This document shows, in pieces, positions 13,678 to 28,500 of a stretch of DNA of 64,000 nt (position 1 is the first letter of the stretch; each line of letters starts with the position of its first letter). The stretch comes from Parasitella parasitica NRRL 2501. Taxonomy: Eukaryota > Fungi > Mucoromycota. The stretch covers positions 5,258 through 69,257 of the forward strand of contig MU619326.1 of the NCBI GenBank assembly GCA_025201805.1, written 5' to 3'. The translations under genes and the position numbers were made by a program. The notes beneath the pieces were generated by a model, which ran no database searches, was not told the origin of the DNA, and worked only from the letters and a program-made list of their open reading frames with translations.

Positions 13678-14949
13678 ATGGAGCAAATTCAACACATTAT
13701 GTCTCGTTTAGCATTAGCAAGAGCCATCAAGGCTACCGATAGTGAATCAGAAGACAGGTCTTGGAATAAGAGCATCATTTTTAGTCAGCCTTTTGTCAAG
13801 GATTTGCATAAACAAAAGCATCAATTACTTTGTCAATTAGAAGAAGCTGTTGATAATAAACCTCCATTACAAGATGGCAATAAAAATAATGAAAGTCATC
13901 ATAATTTCAAGCGCCATTATCATGCGCACAATGTCAGCTCATCCTCAACCTCCCTTGTAGCCGGTAATATTTTTCAAGCATAAACGGATATACATTTGTA
14001 TGTTAATACAATCACTGTACTTGTGAAAATAGAGAAACGACCCTTAGCACCAAAAGTTGCAAGACGTTCACAATGTATATGTTTACCAAGTGACACGGAA
14101 GATGATACAGATAATGATCAAACTGAGGATAACGAAACGGACGATGATTCCCAAGTATTTCGAAGTAATCAAAGAGTCCCGAAAAAAGAGATTTTTGTTG
14201 ATTACTAATTCACATAGTAAATCCTAGTCAAACCTCAGTCCGAGTCTATCAAAGATAGTAGATCTCCTTCTCTGTATCAAAACGGAATCTCGCGCTCCGC
14301 AAGCATGGAATCGACAATGAAAATTGATAATGGTGTTAGTAGTCCATCCAGAAACTCTACTTCAAGTCATGTTACTCCCTTAACAGAGGAGGATGGAAGC
14401 GAAGAACCTATTATACATAATAGTCAACAAAGAATACCCCAGCATGCCCTGGGCGAAGATTGTACTAACTATATCCCTATGCATAAAATGCAAAAGAATC
14501 CTGCTTCACCCATGGTAGACCCCATGTATTATCAACGACTACAGCATTACCAAGCCCAACTACAATACCAGCACTACTTGCAATACCAGCAACAGCTACA
14601 ATATCAACAGCAGCAATTGTACTTGCTCTCACACAACCCAAATGTCTTTTTTTTGCCAGGTTCACGGGCAATGACAATGATGGAGGAGCCTGTATCGATA
14701 GGTCCTCCTCCACCACCGCCACGACATCAAATGCCAGCTTCCTCAAAGAAAACGTCGCGTCATCATAAGCATGGCTCAAGTAGCAGTAGATTAAGCAGCA
14801 CTGATATTAGACGAAGAAAAGAAATCATGAGAAGCTCTACAACAGATTTATCCTCATCATCAACAGTGCCAATACCTACGAATGGTTATATGCCTATAAC
14901 ACCACCTTTCCCAAGAAACATTACGGGCAGACACCCATCATACTATTAA
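13678..14949 (+). CDS. Hypothetical low-complexity (Q/P/S-rich) protein, probably 3 exons
   Basis: ATG 13678 after a TATAAA-like element. Introns ~13964-14032 and ~14155-14228 link three ORFs. AATAAA follows the stop. No recognised domain. Confidence 0.6.
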
Positions 14950-16038
14950 CCCAAAATAAATGAGTTGCAGCATCAGTATTCCCCAACATAGATTGCTATA
15001 ATTGGTATAAATGATGCCAGCTATCCTCTATGTATTTGTCAACCGAAATGTCTTTCGTTTGTTTCTGTAATTTGTCGCATACCGTATCTTTTAGCCGAGA
15101 CAAACTTCAAGTATGCAAGCATTTTCCTGGATGGGCGTTTCATCCAAAAATTGTAATTCACATCTTCAGCCATTTGAGAACACAGAAAACTCAGTAAAAT
15201 ACTTGCAGAAACATGCCAGATATATGCTGGGAGTTGCTAGTAAAATAAAGCCTTTGATGTCTACATAGACCTAATGGTATAACACCTGCCAGGATAAAAA
15301 CTATCATCAAAAAACATGGAATCAGCGTTGGTTCACACCAACAAATGCTTTATTTTTTGGTTCATTGTAATTACAGCATAAACCAAACCAAGATTTTAGC
15401 AGAATACAGAGGTCTTGTCTGTATGCCTTTGATATCTTGACGTCCTTTTATTCTTGAGCTTACACGCACGTCTCAATATCTTGTGTAGACTATAGGTAGT
15501 GTAGATTAATATTTTCATTAGATGCGTGCCTCCATCATCATTGCAGTTCATCTACATGTACTACCGGATTCATTGAATGGAATAGTATAGCTTCGGGTTT
15601 AAAGGCCAAACCACATAAAAGTTTTCAAATTTACGGCAATAAAATTGACCACGACTTGATTTTGATTATATTTCAACTATGGATGTGGTTTCTTAACGCT
15701 GTTCTTGGTCAAAATTTAAGTGTATCAATGGCACAATGTGTACCTTTTCCAAAACATTTGTCCTCAACACGCGACCCAATACAACGACCAAGGCTTTATC
15801 TGTTCTCTTGTATAAAAGCGCTATAGCAGCCAATATAAGCCATTTTAAAGCAGTTGCAGTTGGAGAGCAAGTGTAGGTCCTGGATACTCTAATATTTATT
15901 GAAGCGTCCTGAACTTGCTATTAAGAAAAAGGGGTAAAGCAAGTGAGATTTAGTGTCCGTGTAAAAAAGAGATACGTACACTCAAAATCCAAACCTTTTT
16001 TTTCTTTCCTTATCCATACATATTGACGACAAAGTTAA

Positions 16039-17880
16039 ATGGAAGTGAAGAGCAAAGCCGAAGCAAATACATTGAAAACAAAGCCATCACGTTGGCATAC
16101 AAAAGGTAACATGCAGTAGCTGAATCTACTCTCAATCGCGCATGCATTGACAGCATTGACTAGAGTTTTACTTTTATTATTTCTGCTTCTGTCTTGTTGT
16201 GCCTTACATGTTCAAAGTAACCTACAACCTAAGCAAAGGTACATGAATGCATAGAATTCAAAAATACGAGTACTTATGTAGATTGCTGTAGAATCTCACC
16301 CTAATTACCATATCTACCAAGATTTATTATCTGACGGCTGGCTGTTTGGACGAAAAGTAGACAACAGCGATGCACAATACAGCCAGTTCCGTGATAAAAT
16401 ATTCCAGCTTTTACCTCTAGTTCTGCTGCACCTTGCTCTCAACAAAGCTAACCGCACATTCCATTGGGTTCAATCCAATCTTCATTTCTCTCTAATCACA
16501 TCCCTAATGATAGTATTCTTGTTTCATGGCTCCAGCACCTTCAAAATCATCTTCATCATCACAGCGAGTTTCAGCATTGGCCACTATTGCAAAGGCTCAA
16601 AGTGGAATCCTATTCTAACATGGATATTTAATTTGCTTATGCTCTTTATCAATGAATATTACGATGGGTATCGATTCTCTCGAATTTTTGGGCAAGGATT
16701 TCAGTGGCTAGATGACTGGGAAGGTTATCAAGCGAGATGGCATATTTTATTCAACTTTGCTATGCTTCGATTAATATCATTTAATATGGACTACTATTGG
16801 GCATGTGCTAGTAAAGACAAAGGTTTCAAAGACCATCCTGCCTATGAGGCACCTCGCACAGACAAGGAAAGGACCAGCAATCCTTTGATTGAAAGTGATT
16901 ACAGTTATGTCAACTTTTTGGCGTATGCTCTTTACACACCTTTGTTACTATGCGGTCCCATTATTACCTTTAACGATTTCGTCTCTCAGGTAAAAATAAA
17001 TTCAGAGTATTTATCGACATATGCTGACAGTATGTTTGCGATAGCATCGATTTCCATCCAGCAACCTCTCAAAACGCTATGTGGTGACTTACGCTATCCG
17101 CCTTGTGATTGTGCTTTTAGTTATGGAATTCACATTACATTATCTATATGTTGTAGCTATCAGCAAAGCGAAAGCATGGGATGGCGCTTCGCCCTTGGAG
17201 CTCAGTATGGTTGGCTATTTTAATCTGGTTGTAATTTGGATGAAGTTATTGATTCAGTGGAGATTCTTTCGATTATGGTCTTTGGCAGATGGCATTTGGG
17301 TGGAGGAGAATATGGTACGATGCATGAGTAATAACTTTTCAGCACAAAGGTTCTGGAAGAGCTGGCACAGGAGTTTTAATCGCTGGACGATTCGATACAT
17401 TTACATCCCATTAGGCGGCTCTAAATACTTTGCTTTTAGCATGTGGGTAGTGTTCACATTTGTCGCATTATGGCATGATATTGAATTGAAGCTGTTGGCT
17501 TGGGGATGGCTGATTTGTATATTTTTGCTTCCCGAGATCATAGCCACTAGATTGTTCAGTGAAAAGAGGGTATGTTTTGTGTGAGTATGATTGATTAATT
17601 CTCACACCTAAAGCATCTATAGTTTGGCGATAAACCTTACTACCGGTTTGTATGTGGATTGGGTGCAGTCGCCAATATCTTGATGATGATGATTGCTAAT
17701 TTGGTTGGATTCGCTGTGGGTGTTGATGGGGTCAAGGAGATGCTTACCAAAATATTTGGCACAGCGAATGGTTTGTCATTTTTGATATCTGTCACCATCT
17801 GTTTATTTATTGCTGTTCAAATTATGTTTGAAATTCGTGAAAGTGAAAAGAGAAGAGGAGATCCAAAGTGGAAAATGTGA
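16039..17880 (+). CDS. GUP1: MBOAT family O-acyltransferase, GUP1/HHATL-like
   Basis: [78 protein letters not shown] (catalytic His). Confidence 0.93.
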
Positions 17881-17957
17881 ATAAATATAATAGTAATGCT
17901 TTTTTAACGTGATATTTTTATAATGTAAGAAAGATATTCTCCTCTTATATGTGTCAT

Positions 17958-20900
17958 TTAATCGACATTATCTGTACCAGTGTATTTTGCAACAGAATTC
18001 ATACTTAGAATCTTGAATCCACTACCATCACCTTTCAAACGAACGATACCATCATGGCTATCAACACCAATAAGCGAACCAAGCTCACCACGATGCTCAC
18101 CCAGTATAATCTTGACGTTATCCTTTTTGCTTGGTCTAACAGGCTCTATGTAGTCAAACCCAATGTCCACCTTGTTTTGATTCTCCAGTACGCTAACAAG
18201 GCATTTACGGCTATTTCGATTGACGCTGATGATTTTACAATGTTGTCCCTTTTGAGCGTCTCCTTGGTTTCTCTTTAATATAACTTCGATTTCCTCAATC
18301 GGCCAGTTATTTTCACCTTGATCTCCTAATAAAATATAATGTAAATGAATAACATTCTACCAAATTATGATGGTTCACAAACCTTGATCTTCCACATGTC
18401 CATAATCGCCTCCACTAGGCATGAATGGTGTTTGAGGTAAGCCAGTCGCTGGTGTCGTTGGCATAAAGTTGCCTGGTGTAGTCGGTAAGTAACTACCTGG
18501 TGTTGGCGCTGACATCATAGCAGCAGGTGTAGGAGGAATCAAACCAGCGCCAGGCGTCGGGGCAGCTTCATAAGGTGTGGGGGCATCATAAGGAGTTTGT
18601 GCAAAATTGACGGCTGGTGTTGGAGCCCTGGCTTCATAATTAGCAGCAGGTGTCGGTGCAGCCCACGAAGCACCAGGCGTAGGAGCGGTATCCGCATCTG
18701 CAAAACGATTACTGCTATTGCCAGAATAACCAGGCGTTTTAGCAATTTGAGGCACAGAGTATTGTGATTGTGTATTGTTGCTATAGCTTGAACTGTGATT
18801 ATTGCCATCGCTCATCGTGTTGTTATCTCTATGACTACTACTACTGCTGCTGCTGCTATTCCAAGCAGAAGTTTCACGTCCCCACATTGGAGTTTTTGAT
18901 CCAGAATCCCAAGCCGGTGTACGACCGCCGTCATTTGCATAAGGATTAGGTGTTCTGGCGCCAGAATTCCAGGCAGGCGTTTTTGAACCAGAATTCCACG
19001 CAGGAGTTCGAGAGCCAGAAGAGGCGTTGTGCATTGGAGTCATGGCACCGTCGCCATACCTACTTGGTGTACCCATAGGTCGAGCAAATCCGCCATTGTT
19101 GGAGGGGGTATCAAACCGATCTGGTGCAGCTTGACCAAGAGCATTGCCCTGAGAGTCTAAAATCATCAAATGTGCTTTATCGATGTTGAGTACCTTGGAA
19201 TTGGTATGTAACTCGACACGGGCTTGTGTATCAGTAGCATCCTTTACAATACCGATATAACCTTTGTGAGGGCCTTGTGAGATACGCACAGTTTTAGCCA
19301 CTAAATTATCTCTACCACCACGACCTCTTCCAAGGAATCCACCACGGCCACCACGACCACCACGACCACCTCTCGAATCAGGACCACCCCGGCCATCATC
19401 TCTGCCACCAAAACTACCATTACCGCCATTGAATTGAGGGTTTTGAGTCTTGGGGTTCGGTAAAACACGTCCACGAGTCGAAGCGCTTACAATGGAACGA
19501 GTGTTTGTGACCCAAACACCAAAGTTTTCAGAATGCTCTCTTGAGTGCAAAAATACAAGATGACGGTACAAATGAAGTACAGAGCAGTTGCGTTTGTCAC
19601 CTACTTCGAAAACGGTATCACCATCACGAATGCTGTTTCCGTTGGCATCTGTTGCAACAGCTTTTGTGCTATCGCGTTTGTTAGTAATTTGATGTGGCTC
19701 CACCGTACGCATTTCGCCTTTTTGAGTAAGGACCTGGAATGAATCGCGATTGACCTTGACAATAACACCAACAGTATAAAAATCAAGCTGCACCAAATCA
19801 TGCAGTTCGTAATTGCCAATCACTGTTTTGCCAAACATCACCTCCGCAGCTTCACGGAGGTCTTTTGCAAAAACGCGGACTTCTTTGAGAGAAGCATCTG
19901 ACAATAGCGTAACGATATTATCTTGGATGTTCAAAACCATACCGCTCTCATCCTTAAAGCGACCGTTGATAACTTTTACATGATCGCCTTCCTTAAACTT
20001 CTTTCTCAACTGTTTAGCAGGCAATGTCACACGTTTCTTTGTTCCATCCATGTCCAACGAAACAGTAATTGAAGAATCGTTCACGTTTTCGACTGTACCC
20101 CAACTATGGATCATATCACCTTCAATTACACTGACAACATCGCCATTTTGGAAAAGTGTCGAAGCTTGTGCATTATTGATGGCCATGCTAGACAACGAAG
20201 TCAAATCGATAGATCGCTCGCCATCTTCTGTGAGCTCTCCGTTACCGGCAAACCGAGCAATTTCATCCAGTGTGGGATTGACATCCTCAATTTGTAACGT
20301 AGCAACCTTCATGTATTTTTCAAGGTAACCATCACGATAATAATCACCGTTATAAACCCAATAAGGACCCTTTTTTTGAAGACTTGATATGGATCGATTT
20401 GCCAATCTCTCTGGGTTAAATAGCTTTGGTAAGGCCCGTACACCCTTTTTGCGCTTCCCGCCTGCGACATCATCATTGCTACTGCTTTCCAAATCTAGAC
20501 GAGGCACTACTTTGACACGAGCTGAGTCTTGAGAGTCGGTAACCTCCATAACCTGAGCTAAGTCGCCAGCATAGGTGCCACGTTTAACACGAACCCAACC
20601 ACCTAGGGGAATCTCGACTTCTTTTTTCTGCACCGAGATGGAGTCAACCATATCTTTTATAGGAACAAGCATTAAAGTGGACATGTATACATTGGGAATG
20701 TTAGCAAGTGTTTCTTGAACATGAGCCTGCCGACGAGCTTCCACATAGATATAGCCTTTGAGCGTTTCTCTTGCAAATGCAGAGAATGTATCTAAGGGAT
20801 GAGGTCCATTTTGTCTGTCGAAATATCTCTTCATCAAACCAAAAATGACATCTTTCTCTTTTCCAGGTTTGCATTTAACCATCCACAGGTTAGGGTCATT

Positions 20901-21453
20901 TACACTAGGAAGAAGCAGCTGCTGAGGCACTTCTTCTGTGTCTTTGAATGTCTGTGGTTTGCTACGGCCGCCGTATTTTTCTGCATAAAAAGCGGCTACT
21001 TGCTCATCATCCATGCCCTCCATCTCTCGTCTTCTACGATCTAGCTCGAGATGACGGCGAGCAGTTGTTTTTGTAGTAGTTAAATCTTCATTTTCCTCGT
21101 CGATAAATCCATCTGCTTGAATTGACAAAATGATGATTACTTGTTAATTGATGTAATAGGTTATTAATCGCGTCATATGAGTACCTTCTCGACCATATTC
21201 TTCGTCGTCCTCGTCATCGTCTTCATCATCATCTACAATAGCCATCTCATCAATGAAAGGGTTGAATTTTCTCTTGGCAGGTCTCTTAATACAGAAGAAA
21301 AATATACGCAGTGAATACATAGCAACGGTGCATGTTATCTATATTTACAATGTCTTCGTCGTCATCCTCCTCATCTTCGTCCTCTTCCTCGTCGTGAAGA
21401 GGATCATTGTCTTCTTTATCAGCTTCTCTTCTATCGGAACGTTTAAGAGCCAT
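17958..21453 (-). CDS. SPT5: Transcription elongation factor Spt5
   Basis: Acidic N-terminus, NGN domain (LLPSVNDPNLWMVKCKPGKE..KGYIYVEA), multiple KOW motifs, CTR repeats SGSRTPAW/SGSKTPAW, APTP repeats, C-terminal KOW exon. Confidence 0.97.
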
Positions 21454-22033
21454 TTCTGTATAAGCTTGTTAAAAAAGAAAGAAACAACAGCATTTCCTTA
21501 TTCCATGACAATGATGGTTATTCAAATGTGAATACTGTATCGATTATGTGACTATTTGGGTGCAATTTTTTCATTGGATTTAGAGGCGCCATCAATAGTG
21601 ATCTAATAAAAGAGGCATCTGTTACAAATAAACGGTAAGATGTTGCTTTATTTATTTGCTTCATCCTGAAGAACCGAATAAATTATATCAATCTCTTTAG
21701 TATGCTTTCGATGCAGCGTTCTTAAAGGCAGATGTCTTTTGTCATTCTTCTTTTGTAGTGATCATTTCAGTGGACTTTTTTTTTTCTCTTTTTTTTTTAT
21801 CAAAATGTGGACATATGTCATTGGTAATGTGAATGCGTGTGATCATGAGCAAGGCATTGTAGTGCCTTGTGCAATTTTTTGTTTTGTTAAAATGATAAAA
21901 AAAGTCGCACGAGCTTCACTTATAACATTAGGATATCACCTGAGCTTCAAAGTAAAATACTACTACCATCATTATCATCCTCCCTTTTTTCTTCCCCTTT
22001 CTTCCTGAACGTTTTTTTTTCTCATAATATATC

Positions 22034-22906
22034 ATGACCAACTTCTTGATTAATATTAACGAGATTTTTCCGAATGATAATTTGCATCAAATTCCTGTTA
22101 TTGATAGTTCAAAAGCTACTTTATGGTAAGCATTTGTGTCGGCAGTAATAAGGGGTAAATTTAAATTAACCATGAGTAGGATGGGTGATCTTGATCCATG
22201 GATGGATGAGGCCTTTATCAAGCAACTCTGGTTTTCCTATGGTGAAAATGTAATTGTAAAGCTGATTCGAGACAAAAGAACTAGGTACATGATGCTTTTA
22301 ACAATGATATATTCATTACGAAGCTAATTTTTTTTTAAAAAGTATTAGCTGCGGATATGCATTTATCGGATTTTCATCTACTTTATCTGCTCAAAAAGCA
22401 TTGACAACTATTCACGGCACTAGAATTCCAAATTCGTTGAAGACGTTTAGATTAAATTGGGCTTCAGGTGGAGGAATTTGCGATAAAAAGTATGTCAAAA
22501 GCATTACACTAAACAATAATTTTCTAAATGTACCTTTATAATTTATAGGGAGGATCGTGCGCCAGAATACAGTTTATTTGTTGGTGATCTCAGTAATGAT
22601 ATCGACGAAACGTTTCTCTTGGTAAGATTATTGCATTATTGCATTATAGTTAATATATATATATATATAACTCTGTCTTTATAGTCATTATTTCGTGCAA
22701 AGTACCCTTCTTGTCATTCAGCTAAGATTATGACAGATCCAGTAAGTGGGACCTCTCGAGGTTATGGATTTGTTCGATTCTTGAGGCAATTTGAACAACA
22801 AGAAGCTGTAACAGAGATGAATGGTATTATTTGTGACAATAGGCCTATCCGAGTTTCTTTTGCTACACCAAAGACAAACAATGCACATCGATTTGACTCA
22901 AACCCG

Positions 22907-22941
<35 letters not shown>

Positions 22942-23542
22942 ACAACAACAACAACATAATGCCAGATACTTTCAATTAGCGTTACAAGCGCCTGCTTTGG
23001 TTCACCAGCCTACTGATCCTAATAACACTACAGTATTTGTTGGTGGGCTTTCTTCCCCTGTTACTGAAGAAGAGTTAGGTCAATACTTTGCACCATTTGG
23101 GGAGGTAACCTATGTAAAGATACCGCCTGGTAAAGGATGTGGATTTGTTCAATATGTCTCTCGCCAATCAGCAGAACAAGCGATCGAACGAATGAATGGG
23201 TTCTTAATTGGAACATCCAGAATTAGATTATCATGGGGACGATCGCAAGCTGATAAATCCTTTTCACCTAGTTCCACTGCCGAATTAAAAAGCCCATCCA
23301 CCAATACAACATTATCCTCTTCAACAAATAATACAAACTCTATACTTCAGTTTTCATCTTTTCGCCCATTATCGCCACCTTCCAGTTTATCATACGATCA
23401 TCCACAGTCTTTATTTCGATCTGCTAGCATTGGAAGTGCTGACTATCACACTAGTAACGATTGGTTGTTGAATATAACGAATGACCAGAAAGATGACCAG
23501 TATCAGTCAAAGGAATGGTATTTGGATGATTTTCTTTACTAG
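22034..23542 (+). CDS. Three-RRM RNA-binding protein, NAM8/NGR1/TRNAU1AP family
   Basis: TLWMGDLDPWMDE..VKLIRDK, FRLNWASGG, EYSLFVGDL, SAKIMTDPVSGTSRGYGFVRF, TDPNNTTVFVGGL, KIPPGKGCGFVQY, RIRLSWGRS; polyQ between RRM2 and RRM3. Confidence 0.9.
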
Positions 23543-25582
23543 CTGGTTTACTGCTTCTATGTCTTGCTATTTTATGATCGTTCTTTCTTTGCCATTATAT
23601 TACATATACTACAAAAAACACCCTAAACACATAACCTTATCATAGCTTTCTTATTATTTATCTACGTATTACCTTTGTTATATCTTATATATGTTTTCTT
23701 TTCTTTTTTTTTTCACTCTTTGCTTATTTCCTTTATTTATGTATTAATATTATATAATGTATACTCTATCTGTTATATTTAAATAAATTGCCTCTTTAAC
23801 AATTGTATGCATTAGTTTATGCGCATGACATGTGCATTCATCGAAATAGCTGATTGTTAAACATTTTCACTTGAAACATGGTTCATGACAATCCCATCTA
23901 CCATCAGGGTTGTTTTATACGAAAATTTTACTCGCAAATGAATTCTGGTTTGGGTCACTTAATAAAACTAAGCTTCAAGCCGCACTGCGATTGAACGAAA
24001 TCTGTTTGCGACTTTAAACATTCATCTATTGATCCTACATCAAAAACTGTATAAGAGCATTTCGTGTTTGATACATCGTAACGTAAATGGCGAACAACAG
24101 AGAAAAAAGGACCATAAAAAACCTCTAATATTACAGGAAATACATGTGCATACTTGGAATGTAGAATAGTCTAGCCAGGATCTGATGGAGGCACCTGTTT
24201 TTTTTATTAAAAGCCAAACTTGAGGATTTTATATTGGGATTGTATATTTCAGCAGAATAATCTATTGATTGAAAAATTATCAACTAGAATTGAGTTAAGA
24301 GGTTTTATAAAGAGTATGAAGAATGGAATGACTCACATTTAGAAACTAGTGTTATCAAAGAAGCGTCACCTTATTTGCATTGGGAGACATGCTCATCAAA
24401 AGTTATTACTATCCTATAACTTAGGCATACAATTTCGATATTTAATAAAGTATCTTTAAGTTTCCGTATCTCATTAACATTTGGTTTTTATTATCTTTTT
24501 TGATCCAACAATCATAAATATCAGATATTTATTCATAACTTTTGCTAAAATAACCGTAGAAACGAGATCTAACTTGGAAAACATAGTATTGACTTGGCAC
24601 TAACTGGCAACAACATTGGTTTACATGTTTTTATCCATATCTATAAAGTTATCAAATGATATCGCAAATTTACAGATCAGAATTGCATATAATCGATGAT
24701 AGGCTTAGATAAAGAGCCACATAAACGCAATCTTATGAGCCATAAGTACAGGCATGATCATCGCTATCTGACCATAACTTGATTTCCTTTGGGCAATGTG
24801 TTGTTCAAAAATTATCTGCAAAAACAGTTTCACGTTTTCGGGTGTCGGAGATCGAAATATAAATCACGTGTTATTTCGTTCTCTGTGTGCGAAAGAAGTT
24901 TTTGTACGGTATTAGTGTAATAGATTAGATCATAAATACTGAGGATTGTTTTTCGAGTAAATCTAAGAGTATGAAATATATTTCGTCGCGGAAAAGATAA
25001 TTATATAAGAATAAAAGGCATTATTTCATTGCAGTCGAAAGTAAGAACCGTGATAATCTAGTGTCACCTGATAATGATATGTTTAATTATGAAAATCGAT
25101 ATTATATACAGGAGTTATGTTCAGTAGACAACATTTTTTATATAAGAAATACATATAAGCGCAGCATATATATTTTAGTACGGAAAAATATAAAGACTGT
25201 TTTATATTTATTTCAGGTTGTCGCGAAAACTTGTATTAAAGGAATGTATAAAGTCCGTAGACTATGGTAGTTTAATAATACTTGGATATGTTTGGTACTG
25301 ATTGTTTAATGAATTTTAAAACTAAATAAGATCGAAAATATGCAGAAGAACTCTATGGACCCGTTCTTCTTCCACCATCTTGTCAATGGCTTTAGTAAAG
25401 TAGAAAAAATAGTGAGATTGGGTATGTCGTGTAAAAACATTTTGTTATGGCCAAAGATCAAAACGGTATACTCTTCTCTCTGGCCTAGTCAATGCTTTAG
25501 CCCTGAAAATTCCCAACATTTGAAGGAAAATTCATGCTCAAGTTCTAATCCCCCCTGGGCCACTTTAATTTGTTTTGGGATT

Positions 25583-28500
25583 TTAGATATTCTGTTTACG
25601 AGCTATCATTCTCCACATTTGATAGTACAATATTTTACCCAGGCTAATCAACTGCCCTGCTTCAGCACCTTCGAATACAACATTATCTGCTCGTTTTTCT
25701 CGGCTCACCATCCAGCCCTGGATCTTGTTATTGGGATCTAATTGAAGATGAATCATATAGTCCATGTATCTTGCATTATAGAGTAATAAATGTCGACGGC
25801 CCCCTTCATAAAAGTATTTACAGCTACTTTTCATTACTTTCTGTACTGTATTCAAAGCAGAATCCCAATCTAGTTCCATGTTGAATATTGTAGCAATATT
25901 CTTGTCTGCTTCAGTGATGTCAATTCGAACAAACTCACTCATGAGCTGTATCAATTCAGGACGATCGGGAGGTAGTTTGACAGATTTGTCTAGAGTGAGA
26001 TTGGCATTATAAAGCTTTTTCCAATTGTGGGCTCGTTGAATTCTGATAATGACCTATCAAACAACATATTAACAACCTGCTACTTCTGTATTATATTTCT
26101 CTTTACCTCTAATACAATACTATCAAGTTTGAGTCTAGCAGCAGATACAATATCTGCTAATGTATACCCCTCTTCAGGCAGAGATATTGCATTTAAATCA
26201 GGTCTTCGCCACGAGTATCCTTCGCTTTTAAGCCAACTGGGCTTCGTCATGGATTCAGGTGTTGTCTGACCTTGGTATACAACAAGAACAAAATATTCTA
26301 CAATAATCTTGTCACTCACATTAGACTTTTCCTCTCCAAGAGCTGCTGCAGAACATGCAACTAAAGTATACTTCCATTTTGAGTGCGCTGGATCAGGGGG
26401 CGGTTTGGCTTTGAAAGAGAGATCAAAACTGGAAATTGCGACGGCAGAATAACGCTTGCTAGAGAGAACATTGAGTAAACCATGGCGAGGGGCATTTTTG
26501 AAGAGGTTTTCGAAAAAAGCATCAGTTTTAACATTATCTCCGTCAAATTGATAGAATCCATGAATAATACGATCCTTTGAATAGGGCGAGGGTTGCTGAT
26601 TTGCAAGAGCAAAACGTCGAACAAAAGATAAAATGTCCAAATCAACTGGCATTTTGTCAGGGTTGTCCAAAATCTTTTGAATATACTGCAACTGAAAGTC
26701 GTATACAAACGAGTTGATGTGAATCATTTGTTTGAAATGGCCAGAATTCTCTTCGAATTTTTGGAAATTTTCTCTCTTCTTTTCACGAGTTTCATGTCGG
26801 AAGCGGTTGAAGTCCAAACGACCGTATTGCCGATGCAAAGTATACAACGTAACCGATACAAAGACACTGGTCAATCGAACTTCACAAATAATAGAGCCAC
26901 CTTCAAATACACGAAGTAAAAACATAGGAGGACAATCTGCTGTCATTTTTCTGCCTAAACTGAATTTTGAAGAACGCAGTGTAGCTTGATTAATATTCTC
27001 CTCATTGTTGTCGGTTTTAGCGAAATCAATCAATTGTAAATCAGCACCTTCCAGGTAACAAGCGTATTCAGATAACAGTGTGTTAGCCATGTCTTTATAC
27101 CATGCAACAATTTCAGCTCTACCAGTCGATCCCTCTTGTAAATTGGGCCATTCTCTTTCAGGGTCGCAAAATATAAGAGGCGTTCGACAGAAATGCAGTA
27201 CACGCGAAGATCGCATTATGATGGATACTTCCTGTCTTGACAACCCCTCTGTCAAGGCAATTTCTGTCTTGGGATCTCCGTATCTCTTCCTCCACTTCAA
27301 GTATACTTTAAGTGCTTTTCGATGTGCGGATTGCACCTTGGCTCTTCTTAAAAATGTTTCCAAAAATGGCTGACCATGGCGACGCAAAATATCAAAGTCT
27401 CTGCTGCGAATAGTTTCTGCTACAGAATCCGTAATTGAATCCATCAGAGCGTGATCTAATTCTGCAGGCCTGATAACGGATTTTTGAAGTATACGATCAA
27501 TGAGTTCCTCCTGCTCCATTTGCCGGGTATTTGCAGAGGCATCCCCAGACGCAGTCTTTAACGGAACAGTGGGCGTACTTTCCAGCAATTTGTCTCGTGA
27601 TGGCGCTGTGGTGGGGAAAGCGATTATGTCCTTTAGATCAAGCATATTGGCAGCGACATGGGTGTTGTTGTTTGCATTGACATTGGTATTGCTAGTCGTG
27701 CTACTATTGTTGTTGTTTCGTCTGATTCCTACAGGCGTTCGAGACCCACCATTTGACTCTGTTTTACTTGCTGCATCAGATTGTCTGCCCATCTTTGTTG
27801 GTTTAGGAGATGTTAGATGTATTTGCGGAGTGGATGCAGAGTAGCTTGTGGCTGTAGACATCAGATTTGAAGACAACGATTTTGTAGAGTTGTGATGAGC
27901 AATTGTGCCAAACTTTTCAATAACGTCTTTAATAGGTTCCGAGTGATGGAAAAGACCCATTTTCTGATGTAAAATGTTGTCCATAATTTCACTGCGTGCT
28001 TGTTGTCTATTTGTAATTCGAATTATGCGATTAAACAAGTTTTGAGAGATGGATTCAGACCAATTGTAAGTGTAAATAGAGAGTCTATGCACATCAAGAG
28101 TCATGATCATAAAGCAATGCTTCTTAGAATCAAGCTGATGAGGACCATGCCTGCCAAGTAAGCCAGAATTGGAAAGCGTGCTAGATGCTCTGGACTGATC
28201 CTGGTTTTCACTTCTACTTATCCGCTGACTATAACTACCTTCTGTATTTGCAGATTCTCCAGAACTACGTCGTGATCGAGCCTTTTGGCTATCGTTATCA
28301 CTGGCGGTACTAAGTCTTCTTTCCGATGCAAAGGAATCAGATACACTACCCAGCTTTTCCACAAATTCATCAAGCCCACTAATAGCAACGAGACGGATGT
28401 TGCTCTGTATCTTCTGCCTTTGGCGGTATTGAAACCCTCGATAAAGCTCCCATTTACTTTTTGGATCAAGTGGCTCGTCGCCCACATTGTAAGCAGCATT

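Noticed and set aside
18400-19080. Tandem peptide repeats in SPT5 (TPAW, APTP)
   Set aside because: Well-known Cdk9-phosphorylated CTR repeats; not novel.
25482-25562. tRNA-like segment (GGCCTAG...GTTCTAATC..CTGGGCCA), or a SECIS-like hairpin on the minus strand just after the SZT2 stop
   Set aside because: The acceptor-like stem pairs, but the T-stem does not and there is no D-loop GG or A-box. The minus-strand hairpin lacks the 3' GA of a SECIS core.
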